From NCBI GenBank assembly GCA_963775245.1, contig CAVZID010000037.1, positions 3,175-67,174 on the forward strand: a stretch of 64,000 nucleotides of DNA, given 5' to 3'. A program made the translations under genes and the position numbers. Under the pieces are notes generated by a model. It was not told the DNA's origin. It saw only the letters and a list, made by a program, of their open reading frames with translations, and ran no database searches. This DNA comes from an uncultured Bacteroidota bacterium. Its GTDB lineage: Bacteria; Bacteroidota; Ignavibacteria; Ignavibacteriales; Ignavibacteriaceae. Shown here in pieces: positions 47,587-56,708 of the stretch; within the stretch, counting starts at the first letter, position 1; the number at the start of each line of letters is the position of its first letter.

Positions 47587-48138
47587 ATGAAAAAAATTTC
47601 TCTACCAATTAGATTACTCATATTATCAATAATCTTTTTTATTTCATCCTTTAATCTAAATGCACAAAACTTTAGCGTTGGCGGATTTTTTGGCGGAGGT
47701 GTAATAAAAAGCAACTCACCCAATGAAGGCAGCTTCACCTCTTCCCTCTTTGTTGATTTTGGTCCGCCTTTAAGCTCTGTTACATACAGGTTAAGTTTTT
47801 TGTACGCCGGCTATTTTGCAATGCTTGTTCCAGGTTCAACAAACAGATACTTTCCTTTTGTAAGAGGAATAAGTATTAAAGCAACCACTTCACAGCCGGT
47901 TAATAATTTAGTTTACATTGAAGAGGCAGCAGGTTTGCTTACTTTAAATGATAGAATATTTGAAGGAGCTAATGAATGGGATTACGGAGTTGTATTCTCA
48001 TTGCTTGGAGGATTGGATTTAAGAAATAATTCTCCAACAGGATTTAAAATTGGAGCCGGAACAGAATTCGGTTTAACATTTAACAACAGTAATGCGGAAT
48101 ATTTTTCACTTCATTTTCAAGTGCAGTATGTGTTTTAA
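47587..48138 (+). CDS. putative outer-membrane beta-barrel protein
   Basis: It has a signal peptide (SSFNLNAQ), alternating hydrophobic beta-strand periodicity, Gly/aromatic-rich sequence and a C-terminal YVF. Confidence 0.45.
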   Translation: MKKISLPIRLLILSIIFFISSFNLNAQNFSVGGFFGGGVIKSNSPNEGSFTSSLFVDFGPPLSSVTYRLSFLYAGYFAMLVPGSTNRYFPFVRGISIKATTSQPVNNLVYIEEAAGLLTLNDRIFEGANEWDYGVVFSLLGGLDLRNNSPTGFKIGAGTEFGLTFNNSNAEYFSLHFQVQYVF

Positions 48139-48229
48139 TTTAAATTGAAGAGACTCATAACATTCATTCAGTTAGGAAAAGCTTGATGAGGAATGAAAGT
48201 GTGGAGATGTGCTTATTATTTAATAATTT

Positions 48230-48412
48230 TTACAGTGCGTTTTTAGGCAATTTAATATTATAATGATGAGCTAAACTATCCATAATAACATTCAATGCAT
48301 TATAGTCGTCCTTCTTATCCATTAATACCCATCTAGCTCTTAAGTCAATATCTTGTTTTCGGGATATTACGGTTCTAAGAACTGTCATTTTATCATTGAA
48401 TGACCTATTCAA
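48230..48412 (-). CDS. orphan small ORF. The frame stays open upstream to 48556 through a TM-like segment, but with no canonical start codon.
   Basis: The track ORF starts at TTG. My upstream translation, ...KSLSVIVALFLIIPIVYLTILISVNQS, is in frame. I recognise no family. Confidence 0.25.
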   Translation of the reverse strand: MNRSFNDKMTVLRTVISRKQDIDLRARWVLMDKKDDYNALNVIMDSLAHHYNIKLPKNAL

Positions 48413-48570
48413 TGACTGATTTACTGAAATTAATATTGTTAAATAAACGATAGGGATTATTAAAAATAATGCTACTATGACAGATAGACTTTTAATTTTA
48501 TTTATGACTTTACTGATGATTTCACTTTTTGAATTAATCCTTCCAATGTTAATAAATCAGAAGGTTCTTT

Positions 48571-48810
48571 TTATCCAGGGTTCTCCATTTTTTCTTTTAT
48601 TTTATCGACTTTTTTCTCCATTGAAGATATTTCGGAAAATAAAAGAGATAATTTATCAGAGACTAATATCCCAAATACTATAATAATGAGGAGGCACATA
48701 ATATTTTCGCCATAAGCTGCATTTTTGAAGAAATAATCAATGAAGCCTTTGTATACTAAGTTGGACAAATCAGTCAATATATGGAATGTAAATTTTAACA
48801 GGATCAACAA
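48571..48810 (-). CDS. orphan small membrane ORF (79 aa)
   Basis: It has one hydrophobic helix (IMCLLIIIVFGILV) and a charged tail. I recognise no family. The region is very AT-rich. Confidence 0.25.
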   Translation of the reverse strand: MLILLKFTFHILTDLSNLVYKGFIDYFFKNAAYGENIMCLLIIIVFGILVSDKLSLLFSEISSMEKKVDKIKEKMENPG

Positions 48811-48920
48811 AAATTAGCAATATCAAATATGTTACTATCCCAATTATTATCGTTTTAAGAGTAGATTTATCAAAAAATTTTAAATTAATTTTCATTATAA
48901 AAACATTGTATTGGTAATTA

Positions 48921-49169
48921 TTATTTAAATGAAGTTATTTCCAAAATAATTTTTTTAATAAGCAATAAATATTTTATAGACAAAATGATAATTAAAATAC
49001 CACAACCATCAAGCAGATAATCTAAATAATTATTGTATCCAGTCAAGAACAAACTTACTAAAGATATGATAAGTATGATAATTGTCCCCCGCAACAAAAT
49101 AGGTAAGAGATTTTTTATTTTATTTTCAAAATCTTCCATTGATTCAACAGAATTTACCAATCTCACCAT
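48921..49169 (-). CDS. orphan small two-TM ORF (82 aa)
   Basis: It has two hydrophobic helices (IIILIISLVSLFLTG and GILIIILSIKYLLLI). I recognise no family. Confidence 0.3.
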   Translation of the reverse strand: MVRLVNSVESMEDFENKIKNLLPILLRGTIIILIISLVSLFLTGYNNYLDYLLDGCGILIIILSIKYLLLIKKIILEITSFK

Positions 49170-49205
49170 ATTGTTATAAGTTTCACTATTAACATGTTTC
49201 TTTAA

Positions 49206-49426
49206 TTAGATATATTCCTTTGCATATGCAATAGTCTCATTAATATACTGTTCAACAATGTGGTTGGAAGAAGTTCTTCCTATATACTCATTTATTCTAT
49301 CAATAAACCTATTTTTTGTTTTTTGATATTATCAAAAAAATATAAGAAATACATTGCTCCGAGAGTTATAATTGCAGCGAACCCTTGAAATACAGCACTA
49401 AAAAAATATCTTAATGTTTCTTCCAT
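49206..49426 (-). pseudogene. orphan small ORF (~73 aa once one homopolymer shift is repaired)
   Basis: My own translation gives MEETLRYFFSAVFQGFAAIITLGAMYFLYFFDNIKKQK followed by NRFIDRINEYIGRTSSNHIVEQYINETIAYAKEYI in the adjacent frame. The junction is at the T6 run 49312-49317. Confidence 0.25.
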
Positions 49427-49900
49427 ATTATTTTATTGAGTTAACCATTTTAAAAAGCCTTATTCATAGCCAGCGAAATAACTTATTATAAATATTATAA
49501 TAAAAAAGACAATACCTATTATAAAACTCAAGCTGATTTGCTTTTCATTTCTTGTCTATAAACTTCTGTTACTTATATTTGTGCAACGAGCAATAAAAAC
49601 TTCCTTCTGATGCCAATTTTTGCATGTACTTCCATATCTATTCCTTCCTTTATAAATTATTTTTCTCTGGTCATTTTAATTTTTTATTGTCGTTAACATT
49701 TTATTATTAAATAAATCTGAATTTATTTTCAACTAACTATGCATTCATTATACATATATAAAATAAGTTGTGGTTTAATTATATAAGATGACATTCCCAC
49801 ATTTTTTAACTCTTCTAACTTTCCCCTATAATTTTGCTTTTAATTTTTTTTCTTCATAATAATCAATTTCAGATTCTTCTGCAAATAATTAATTTTAAAA

Positions 49901-49933
49901 CCAAAAAACCCAGTCTAATAAAAAGCTGGGTTT
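49901..49933 (-). terminator. rho-independent terminator of the S46 peptidase gene
   Basis: On the minus strand, AAACCCAGC-TTTTTATTAGA-CTGGGTTT is followed by TTTTTTGG. A longer imperfect hairpin at 49951-49990 precedes it. Confidence 0.75.
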
Positions 49934-50001
49934 CAATGTGAGTTGATAGATGCTGAAACAAGCCAATTTACCGGTCAGGTTGGTTCAGCATAAATTCTTT
50001 T

Positions 50002-52206
50002 TCACTTCTCTACTGTATTAACTTCCTTTTCAATCTTTCCATTTTTCAGCTCATCGGTTAATCGATCTGCTTTGTAGATTTTTTTTAAGGCTTCAACTAA
50101 ACCGGCAGAATGAACAGCAACACATCTATTTTCATCTTCTGTAAAAATAAAATCTCCCGGAAGGCTTTGTATATTGCCGTCAAATGCTAAACCTACTATT
50201 TGTGCTTTCTCGTTTATAACTGGGCTGCCGGAGTTGCCGCCGATAATATCATTTGTGGAAACAAAATTAAACGGCACTTCAAGGTCAAAATCAGCCGGTG
50301 GATTCTGCCACTTTTTAGGAAGTTCAAACGGATCTTTTTTACCGAATGAATAATACCTGTCGTACATCCCGTAAAAAGTTGTGAAAGGCGGAGCTATGGT
50401 TCCGTTATAAGGAAATCCTTTTATAACTCCATCTGAAATCCTTAAAGTAAAAGTTGCATCCGGCGGAATTGAAATTCCGTAAACAGCGAACAAAGCTTTT
50501 CCTAATTCACTATTGCACTCAAATTCTTTAATAGCTAATTGATTAGCTTCCTGCTGAAGATCGCCCTGCTCTATTTCCGTATTCACAATAAAATAAATAA
50601 ACGGATCATCAGATTTTAAAATTGCATCGGCACCTTTGTTTACCAATTCCTTAATTTTGTCTTCGCTTGACATATATGAATTTTGAACCATATATTCCGC
50701 AGCCTGCTTCGGCGTTTTACCACCAGTTATCTTCTTAACAACTTTATTATCCTTGCCGAGATATTTAATCATCAAGTCAACTTGATTTTGCAGTAAAGTC
50801 ATCTCATAATTTTTATCAATATCTGCCGGGAAAAGATTTTGAATGGTTGAATCAAGCTTACCACCTATATACTCTTCATCACGTTTGTCTTCAGGCTTTT
50901 TCAATTCTCTTGCTAAATAAATAACATCCGAAGCGATAAAGAAATATTCTGAAGTTCTCCTGGAATTCATTGTTAATATATAAAGCTTATTAGTAACTTC
51001 TCTTTTCTGAACTTGAATGCTGTCAATTTCATTCCAAAGATTTCCATATTTCTTATCAAGCTTTTTATCGGATTGAACAGCAGTTTTAAATGTTTCTTCG
51101 AAATCTTTTTTCCTCTGCATAAGTACAGGATCTCTTAATCCGGCAAGCATTCCTTTAAAAGCTTTTTGCGAGTTCAAATATCTTAGCTGCTGAACTATGT
51201 ATTCATCTTTCTTTTCCGGCTGGTCATTAATTAATTTAGTATAAACATTAACCATTCCGTTGTAGTAATCTAAAGTGCGCGGGTAGCTAATGTCACGCAT
51301 ATATTCAAGCTGCGAAACAGTACTTAATCTTTTTGTAGAGCCGGGATTACCTACCACAAATATCGGCTCGCCGGGATTAGCTCCATTCGGGCTCCATTTA
51401 AAATAATTTTTTGTTTTTAAAGGCTTGCCGCTGTCATCATAAACTCTAAAGAAAGAACAATCCAAATCGTATCGCGGGTAAGTAAAATTATCGGGGTCGC
51501 CTCCGAAATATCCCATCTGGCTTTCCGGGGCAAATACAAGTCTTACATCAGTATATCTTTTATATCCATAAAGCGAATATTTAGCGCCGTCATAAAGCGG
51601 CACTACTGAAACTTTTAAACCAGTGCTATCGGATTCTTTCTTTTCCAGTTCATTTATCACCTGATCTTCTTTGAACAGTTTGTCATAATCACTTTTAACA
51701 CTATCTACTCTTGATTGTATTTCTTTGGTAACATCTTTAATCAATACAAGCTGATCGACATACAAACCCGGGACAGGCCTTTCCGCTCCAAGGGAATCAG
51801 CATAAAAACCATTCTTAAATAAATCTTCACCTTCTTTTGAAACTTGTACCACACTTTCACGGGCGCAGTGATCATTAGTCATTATCAATCCATCCCCGGA
51901 AACAAATGAAGCAGAGCAGTAATTTGCAAACCTTAAGGCCGACATACGCACGTGATCAAGCCAATCTTGCGTTGGTGTGAAGTTATATGTCTGCTTAAAA
52001 TAATCTAACGGCGGATATTCGAAAGTCCACATTCTTCCGTTATCAAATTTCCCGGCTTTTACTGTATCTAATTTTAACCAGCTATAACTATCAGAAGCTG
52101 CAGCAGTAGTTTTTGTAATATTTTTTGAAGTAGAACAAGAAGAGAAGATTAGCAAACCGGCAATTGAAAGTATCTTGATTAAAGAGGAAAAAGAAATATT
52201 TTTCAT
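50002..52206 (-). CDS. S46-family dipeptidyl-peptidase (DPP7/DPP11-like) lipoprotein
   Basis: It has a lipobox FSSC, the His context MTNDHCARE and the Ser context IIGGNSGSPVIN...GLAFDGN. The 734-aa length is typical of S46. Confidence 0.9.
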   Translation of the reverse strand: MKNISFSSLIKILSIAGLLIFSSCSTSKNITKTTAAASDSYSWLKLDTVKAGKFDNGRMWTFEYPPLDYFKQTYNFTPTQDWLDHVRMSALRFANYCSASFVSGDGLIMTNDHCARESVVQVSKEGEDLFKNGFYADSLGAERPVPGLYVDQLVLIKDVTKEIQSRVDSVKSDYDKLFKEDQVINELEKKESDSTGLKVSVVPLYDGAKYSLYGYKRYTDVRLVFAPESQMGYFGGDPDNFTYPRYDLDCSFFRVYDDSGKPLKTKNYFKWSPNGANPGEPIFVVGNPGSTKRLSTVSQLEYMRDISYPRTLDYYNGMVNVYTKLINDQPEKKDEYIVQQLRYLNSQKAFKGMLAGLRDPVLMQRKKDFEETFKTAVQSDKKLDKKYGNLWNEIDSIQVQKREVTNKLYILTMNSRRTSEYFFIASDVIYLARELKKPEDKRDEEYIGGKLDSTIQNLFPADIDKNYEMTLLQNQVDLMIKYLGKDNKVVKKITGGKTPKQAAEYMVQNSYMSSEDKIKELVNKGADAILKSDDPFIYFIVNTEIEQGDLQQEANQLAIKEFECNSELGKALFAVYGISIPPDATFTLRISDGVIKGFPYNGTIAPPFTTFYGMYDRYYSFGKKDPFELPKKWQNPPADFDLEVPFNFVSTNDIIGGNSGSPVINEKAQIVGLAFDGNIQSLPGDFIFTEDENRCVAVHSAGLVEALKKIYKADRLTDELKNGKIEKEVNTVEK

Positions 52207-52354
52207 TAAAAGGTCTCACTATATTTAGGAAATTTTAATAACATAAACATCAAACTTAATTTTTTAATTCTATTTATAAAAGGGAAAATAATGGGATTCA
52301 AAAGAGATTATATGAAGGTGTTAAATCTGTCAAGGGTAGCGTTCCAAGAAACTT

Positions 52355-52388
52355 TTTTTAAAATAAAAAGACGCTCCATTAGAGCGCC
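52355..52388 (-). terminator. rho-independent terminator after the zinc-ribbon gene
   Basis: On the minus strand, GGCGCTC-TAATG-GAGCGTC (with one G-U pair) is followed by TTTTTATTTT. Confidence 0.65.
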
Positions 52389-52478
52389 TTCTAAAATAAA
52401 TATAGTTTTGTCCGCAAGTTACCAAGCAACAATTGCTAAATTTTACAATTCACATCGCGATTGTTAAAATGAAATATA

Positions 52479-52823
52479 CTAAATATAAGAATCCGGTTGA
52501 TATAAAGGTTCTATCTCCCATTCGTCTTCAATAGTACCAATGCAATGTGAACATTTGTGAACATTGAAAATTACTTTTTCTTCGCTGGGTGTTGCTCTGA
52601 TAAAATTTAAAATTGTTTTACAGCTAGAGCATTGAACAATATGTGATGTAGTTGTTTTCTTGCTGCAATCCGGGCAAATAAAACCTAAATCGCCAGGAGT
52701 TTCGTCCGGGTCCACAAGAAAAATTGAATTACATTTTATGTTGTTGCATTTAGCGAAGTGCCATTTAACAGTATCTTTTTTTACGATAGCTATCTCCCTC
52801 ACAATATTATTGGTTGTAAACAT
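52479..52823 (-). CDS. small cysteine-rich (four Cys pairs) zinc-ribbon-like protein
   Basis: The Cys pairs are CNNIKC, CPDC, CSSC and CSHC, spaced as two treble-clef or ribbon knuckle pairs. I recognise no family. Confidence 0.45.
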   Translation of the reverse strand: MFTTNNIVREIAIVKKDTVKWHFAKCNNIKCNSIFLVDPDETPGDLGFICPDCSKKTTTSHIVQCSSCKTILNFIRATPSEEKVIFNVHKCSHCIGTIEDEWEIEPLYQPDSYI

Positions 52824-52997
52824 AATTAGATATATTTAAAAAGTCTATTGAAAAAAATATCCCTTAGTGAAATAGTTATTAAATATTTAAATTTAGGCTG
52901 TAAAGATAATTCCGTCGAGCATACAAAGTAATTCATAATTTATTCCACGAAAATTTTTTCAACTGCTTTTTAATAAAAAAGATTGGAGCAATACAAT

Positions 52998-54347
52998 ATG
53001 GATAGAATTAATTGTTTTAAAGCCTATGATATTAGAGGCAAGGTGCCTTCAGAATTAAACGGCGAGCTGGCATATAAAATAGGAGTGGCTTATTCCAAAT
53101 TCATCGATGCTGAAAAGATAGTTGTGGGGCATGATATAAGAAAATCTTCCCGGGCAATTTCAGATGCATTAATTAGAGGCTTGAATGATGCAGGTGTAAA
53201 TGTAATTGATATCGGGCTTTGCGGAACAGAAATGATTTACTTTTCAACTCCATATTTCGAAGCAGACGGCGGAATAATGATTACTGCCAGCCACAACCCG
53301 CCGGAATATAACGGAATGAAATTCGTTAGAAAAAATTCTGTACCGGTAGGTTATGACAGCGGATTAAATGAAGTTGAAAAAAAGATTCTTAATGATGATG
53401 TTGATCCCTGGGGGCCGCATGATCCCGGAAAAGTCGAGCATCATGATGTTATGAAGCATTTTATGCATCATCTAACAAAGTTTTATGACGCTCATAAAAT
53501 TAAACCTTTTAATGTAGTTGTAAATGCGGGAAACGGATGCGCAGGGCTTTCACTAGATGCAATTGAAAGCAGCCTTCCAATTAAAATGATAAAAATATTT
53601 AATGACCCTGATCCTGAATTTCCAAACGGCGTACCCAATCCGCTGTTAGTTGAAAACAGAAATTCAACAATAAATGCAGTAAAGAAAAATAATGCAGATC
53701 TTGGTGTAGCATGGGACGGCGATTATGACAGATGTTTTTTCTTCGATGAAAAAGGAAATTTTATTGAAGGGTACTATATCGTAGGATTATTAGCAAAATC
53801 AATTCTTAAAAAACATCCTGGTGAAAATATTGTTCACGATCCGCGGTTAGTTTGGAACACTTTAGAAGTAGTAAATAATGCCGGAGGTAAAGCAGTCGAA
53901 TCAATCAGCGGCCATGCATATATTAAACAAAAAATGAGAGAAGTAAATGCAGTGTATGGTGGTGAAATGTCGGCGCATCATTACTTCAAAGAAAATTCAT
54001 ATTCTGACAGCGGGATGATTCCGTTTTTATTAATACTTCAATTAATGTCCGAAGAAAACAAAAAGCTTTCTGAATTGGTTGAAGAGATGATTGAAAAATA
54101 TCCTTGTTCAGGAGAAATTAATTCAAAGATTGAAGACCCGGCAAAAAAGATTAAAGAAGTCGAAGCAAAATATAAAGACGGCAAACATGATCATTTAGAT
54201 GGCTTGAGTGTTGAGTATCCTGATTGGAGATTCAATTTACGAATGTCCAACACAGAGCCAATCCTCAGATTAAATGTTGAAAGCAAAGGTGATAAAAAAT
54301 TAATGGAAGAAAAGACAGAAGAGTTGTTAAAGATAATTAGATTTTAG
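52998..54347 (+). CDS. phosphomannomutase / phosphoglucomutase (alpha-D-phosphohexomutase family)
   Basis: It has the active-site loop TASHNPPEYNGMK, the metal loop AWDGDYDR and the sugar loop GGEMSAHH. I prefer the ATG at 52998, which has GGAG upstream, over the TTG at 52983. Confidence 0.9.
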   Translation: MDRINCFKAYDIRGKVPSELNGELAYKIGVAYSKFIDAEKIVVGHDIRKSSRAISDALIRGLNDAGVNVIDIGLCGTEMIYFSTPYFEADGGIMITASHNPPEYNGMKFVRKNSVPVGYDSGLNEVEKKILNDDVDPWGPHDPGKVEHHDVMKHFMHHLTKFYDAHKIKPFNVVVNAGNGCAGLSLDAIESSLPIKMIKIFNDPDPEFPNGVPNPLLVENRNSTINAVKKNNADLGVAWDGDYDRCFFFDEKGNFIEGYYIVGLLAKSILKKHPGENIVHDPRLVWNTLEVVNNAGGKAVESISGHAYIKQKMREVNAVYGGEMSAHHYFKENSYSDSGMIPFLLILQLMSEENKKLSELVEEMIEKYPCSGEINSKIEDPAKKIKEVEAKYKDGKHDHLDGLSVEYPDWRFNLRMSNTEPILRLNVESKGDKKLMEEKTEELLKIIRF

Positions 54348-54420
54348 TGGATTTAAAGTATGAACCATATGCTCTTTTCTAGAATTATTATTATTTTTAT
54401 TGAAAGTAATTATATATAAC

Positions 54421-55581
54421 ATGTCAAAACAAATAGCTGAAGTAAATCCGGAAATCTTAAGATGGGCTAGAGAAAGAGCAGGGCTTTCCCTTGATGAAGT
54501 CGCACTTGTTTTTAAAAAAGGACCTGAGGTTATTATTAATTGGGAAACAGGTATTGATTTTCCCACTTACGTGCAACTGGAGAAATTAGCCTATCAGTTA
54601 TATAAGAGACCAATTGCTATATTTTTTTTCCCGAACATTCCTGTTGAACAAGATCCAAAAGAATCTTTCAGAACTTTGCCAATATTTGAAAAGGAAAATT
54701 TAAAAAGTGATTCTGTATTAGCTTTACGTCAAGGTCTAGCTATGCAAATTTCACTTCGAGAATTATGTGATGGTGTAAATCCAAGTAAGAAAAAAATATT
54801 TCAGGATATAACATTAAATATTAATTCAGACATCTATTTTGAGACAAAAAAAATAAGGGAATATATAGCTATTGATTTAACAACACAGAGTAGTTGGATG
54901 AACTCTGAGGAAGCCTTTAAAGTTTGGAGAAACGCTTTCGAAGATTGTGGAATTTTTGTATTTAAACGCTCCTTCAAACAAAAGGATATTTCTGGCTTTT
55001 GCTTAGTCGATAAAGAATTTCCAATAATTTATATCAATAACAGTACAAGTATTAATCGACAAATCTTTACTTTATTTCATGAATTGTGTCATATACTTTT
55101 TAACTTTAATGGTATAACAAAAGAAGACAATTCCTTTATTGATAGCCTTCCACGATTAGAAAAATCAATTGAAATATTTTGTAATGAATTTGCTGCTGAA
55201 TTTCTAGTCCCTTCTGAAGATTTTAACGAAGAAATTAAATCAAAAATAATTTCTGATGAAACTATTTTTAAATTATCAAAGAAATATAAAGTTAGTCGAG
55301 AAGTAATTTTAAGAAAATTACTAGATCGAAAACTAATTTCAAAATCTATTTATGAATCTAAATCCTCCGAATTGAATAATTCATATCTAAGTTATAAATC
55401 AAAAAAAAGTGGTGGAGATTATTACGCAACTCAAGCTGTTTATCTAGGAGATAATTTTCTAAACTTAGCTTTTAGCAAATATTATCAAGGTCGATGTACG
55501 ATAGAACAATTAGCCGAACATTTGAACATTAAAATTAAAAATATTTCAAATTTAGAAAATTTAGTTCTATCCAGGGGATAA
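54421..55581 (+). CDS. XRE-type HTH fused to an ImmA/IrrE (COG2856) zinc-metallopeptidase domain
   Basis: The N-terminal LRWARERAGLSLDEVA...WETG...PTYVQLEKLA reads as an HTH. The HExxH motif is FTLFHELCHILF. I prefer the ATG at 54421. Confidence 0.8.
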   Translation: MSKQIAEVNPEILRWARERAGLSLDEVALVFKKGPEVIINWETGIDFPTYVQLEKLAYQLYKRPIAIFFFPNIPVEQDPKESFRTLPIFEKENLKSDSVLALRQGLAMQISLRELCDGVNPSKKKIFQDITLNINSDIYFETKKIREYIAIDLTTQSSWMNSEEAFKVWRNAFEDCGIFVFKRSFKQKDISGFCLVDKEFPIIYINNSTSINRQIFTLFHELCHILFNFNGITKEDNSFIDSLPRLEKSIEIFCNEFAAEFLVPSEDFNEEIKSKIISDETIFKLSKKYKVSREVILRKLLDRKLISKSIYESKSSELNNSYLSYKSKKSGGDYYATQAVYLGDNFLNLAFSKYYQGRCTIEQLAEHLNIKIKNISNLENLVLSRG

Positions 55582-55583
55582 TA

Positions 55584-56054
55584 ATGATATATGTTTTTGA
55601 TACCAACTGTTTCATTGTCCTGGGTCATTATTTTCCTGAACGTTTCCCAACTTTTTGGACTAATATCAAGGAATGCATTAGTGATGGCAAAATCATATCT
55701 ACTAGAGAAGTCTTTAATGAACTAATTGATAAAGGGAACAAAGAGTTTTTAGATAATTGGCTCAAAGAAAATAAAAATATTTTTTTAACACCAACTTCAG
55801 AAGAACTTACCTTTGTGAAAGAAATTTTCTCCGTACAACATTTTCAACAACTAGTGAAAGAAAAACAAAGATTAAAAGGCACGCCTGTTGCGGATCCATT
55901 TGTAATTGCTTTGGCTAAAGTAAAAAAGGCGTGCGTTATAACTGAAGAATCAATGAAAAAAAATGCAGCCCGAATTCCAAATGTATGTGAACATTTCAAA
56001 ATAGATTGTACAAATCTTGAAGGTTTTATGAAAAGGGAGAACTGGACATTTTAA
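55584..56054 (+). CDS. DUF4411-like PIN-domain-like protein (putative nuclease/toxin partner)
   Basis: MIYVFDTNCFI at the N-terminus carries the PIN-like acidic residue, and ...VFNEL...ADPFVIALA fits the family. The gene starts 2 nt after the ImmA/IrrE gene. The family was assigned from memory of the motif. Confidence 0.65.
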   Translation: MIYVFDTNCFIVLGHYFPERFPTFWTNIKECISDGKIISTREVFNELIDKGNKEFLDNWLKENKNIFLTPTSEELTFVKEIFSVQHFQQLVKEKQRLKGTPVADPFVIALAKVKKACVITEESMKKNAARIPNVCEHFKIDCTNLEGFMKRENWTF

Positions 56055-56070
56055 ACATGATTATATAAAT

Positions 56071-56673
56071 TCATTTCTCAACCGTTACTTCAACCGTAAA
56101 AGGTATTTTTAATTTGTCCCATTCCAGCCTTACTACTGCTGAAGTATCGGAAGTTCTAGTAAAAGTATATTCAAGCCATTCAACAAAATTTCCTTTTTCA
56201 GGTTTCACTTTAAATCTAAAAACATCTTCGGCAATATTATATTCAAAAGCACCCCATTGGTCAGCAACTTTGTTAAAGATTAAAGTCCACTCTCCGTTTT
56301 TAGAAGGAATAATAAAAAAGCTGTAAGAACCGGCTTTTAATTTTTTCCCGTTAATTTTAACATCCGTGCTGAAAGTAAACTTAGTAGCTTCATCTGCACC
56401 GGCTCGCCAAACAACATTGTAAGGAACTAGATTTCCCCAAATTACTCTGCCTTTTACACCGGGACGGCTGTATGAAATATTTACTTTTGTTAACCCAACT
56501 ACCTGCATCACTCCCGCTTTAGGGCTTACTCTTATTTGGTTAGCGTTATATTTTTGTTGTGAATAAGTATAATTTAACGTGGAAGCTGTAATAAATATCG
56601 CAACTAAAATAATACCGGCTAAATAATTCCTCTTCAGCATTAACTGCTCCAATTGATTGAATTCTACTAACAC
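56071..56673 (-). CDS. DUF2911-like exported protein
   Basis: It has a signal/anchor sequence, then SPKAGVMQVVGLTKVNISYSRPGVKGRVIWGNLVPYNVVWRAGADEAT, which matches the DUF2911 pattern. Confidence 0.65.
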   Translation of the reverse strand: MLVEFNQLEQLMLKRNYLAGIILVAIFITASTLNYTYSQQKYNANQIRVSPKAGVMQVVGLTKVNISYSRPGVKGRVIWGNLVPYNVVWRAGADEATKFTFSTDVKINGKKLKAGSYSFFIIPSKNGEWTLIFNKVADQWGAFEYNIAEDVFRFKVKPEKGNFVEWLEYTFTRTSDTSAVVRLEWDKLKIPFTVEVTVEK

Positions 56674-56708
56674 AAAATTAAAAAATAAAAATCAAAATTC
56701 ATCTTGAT

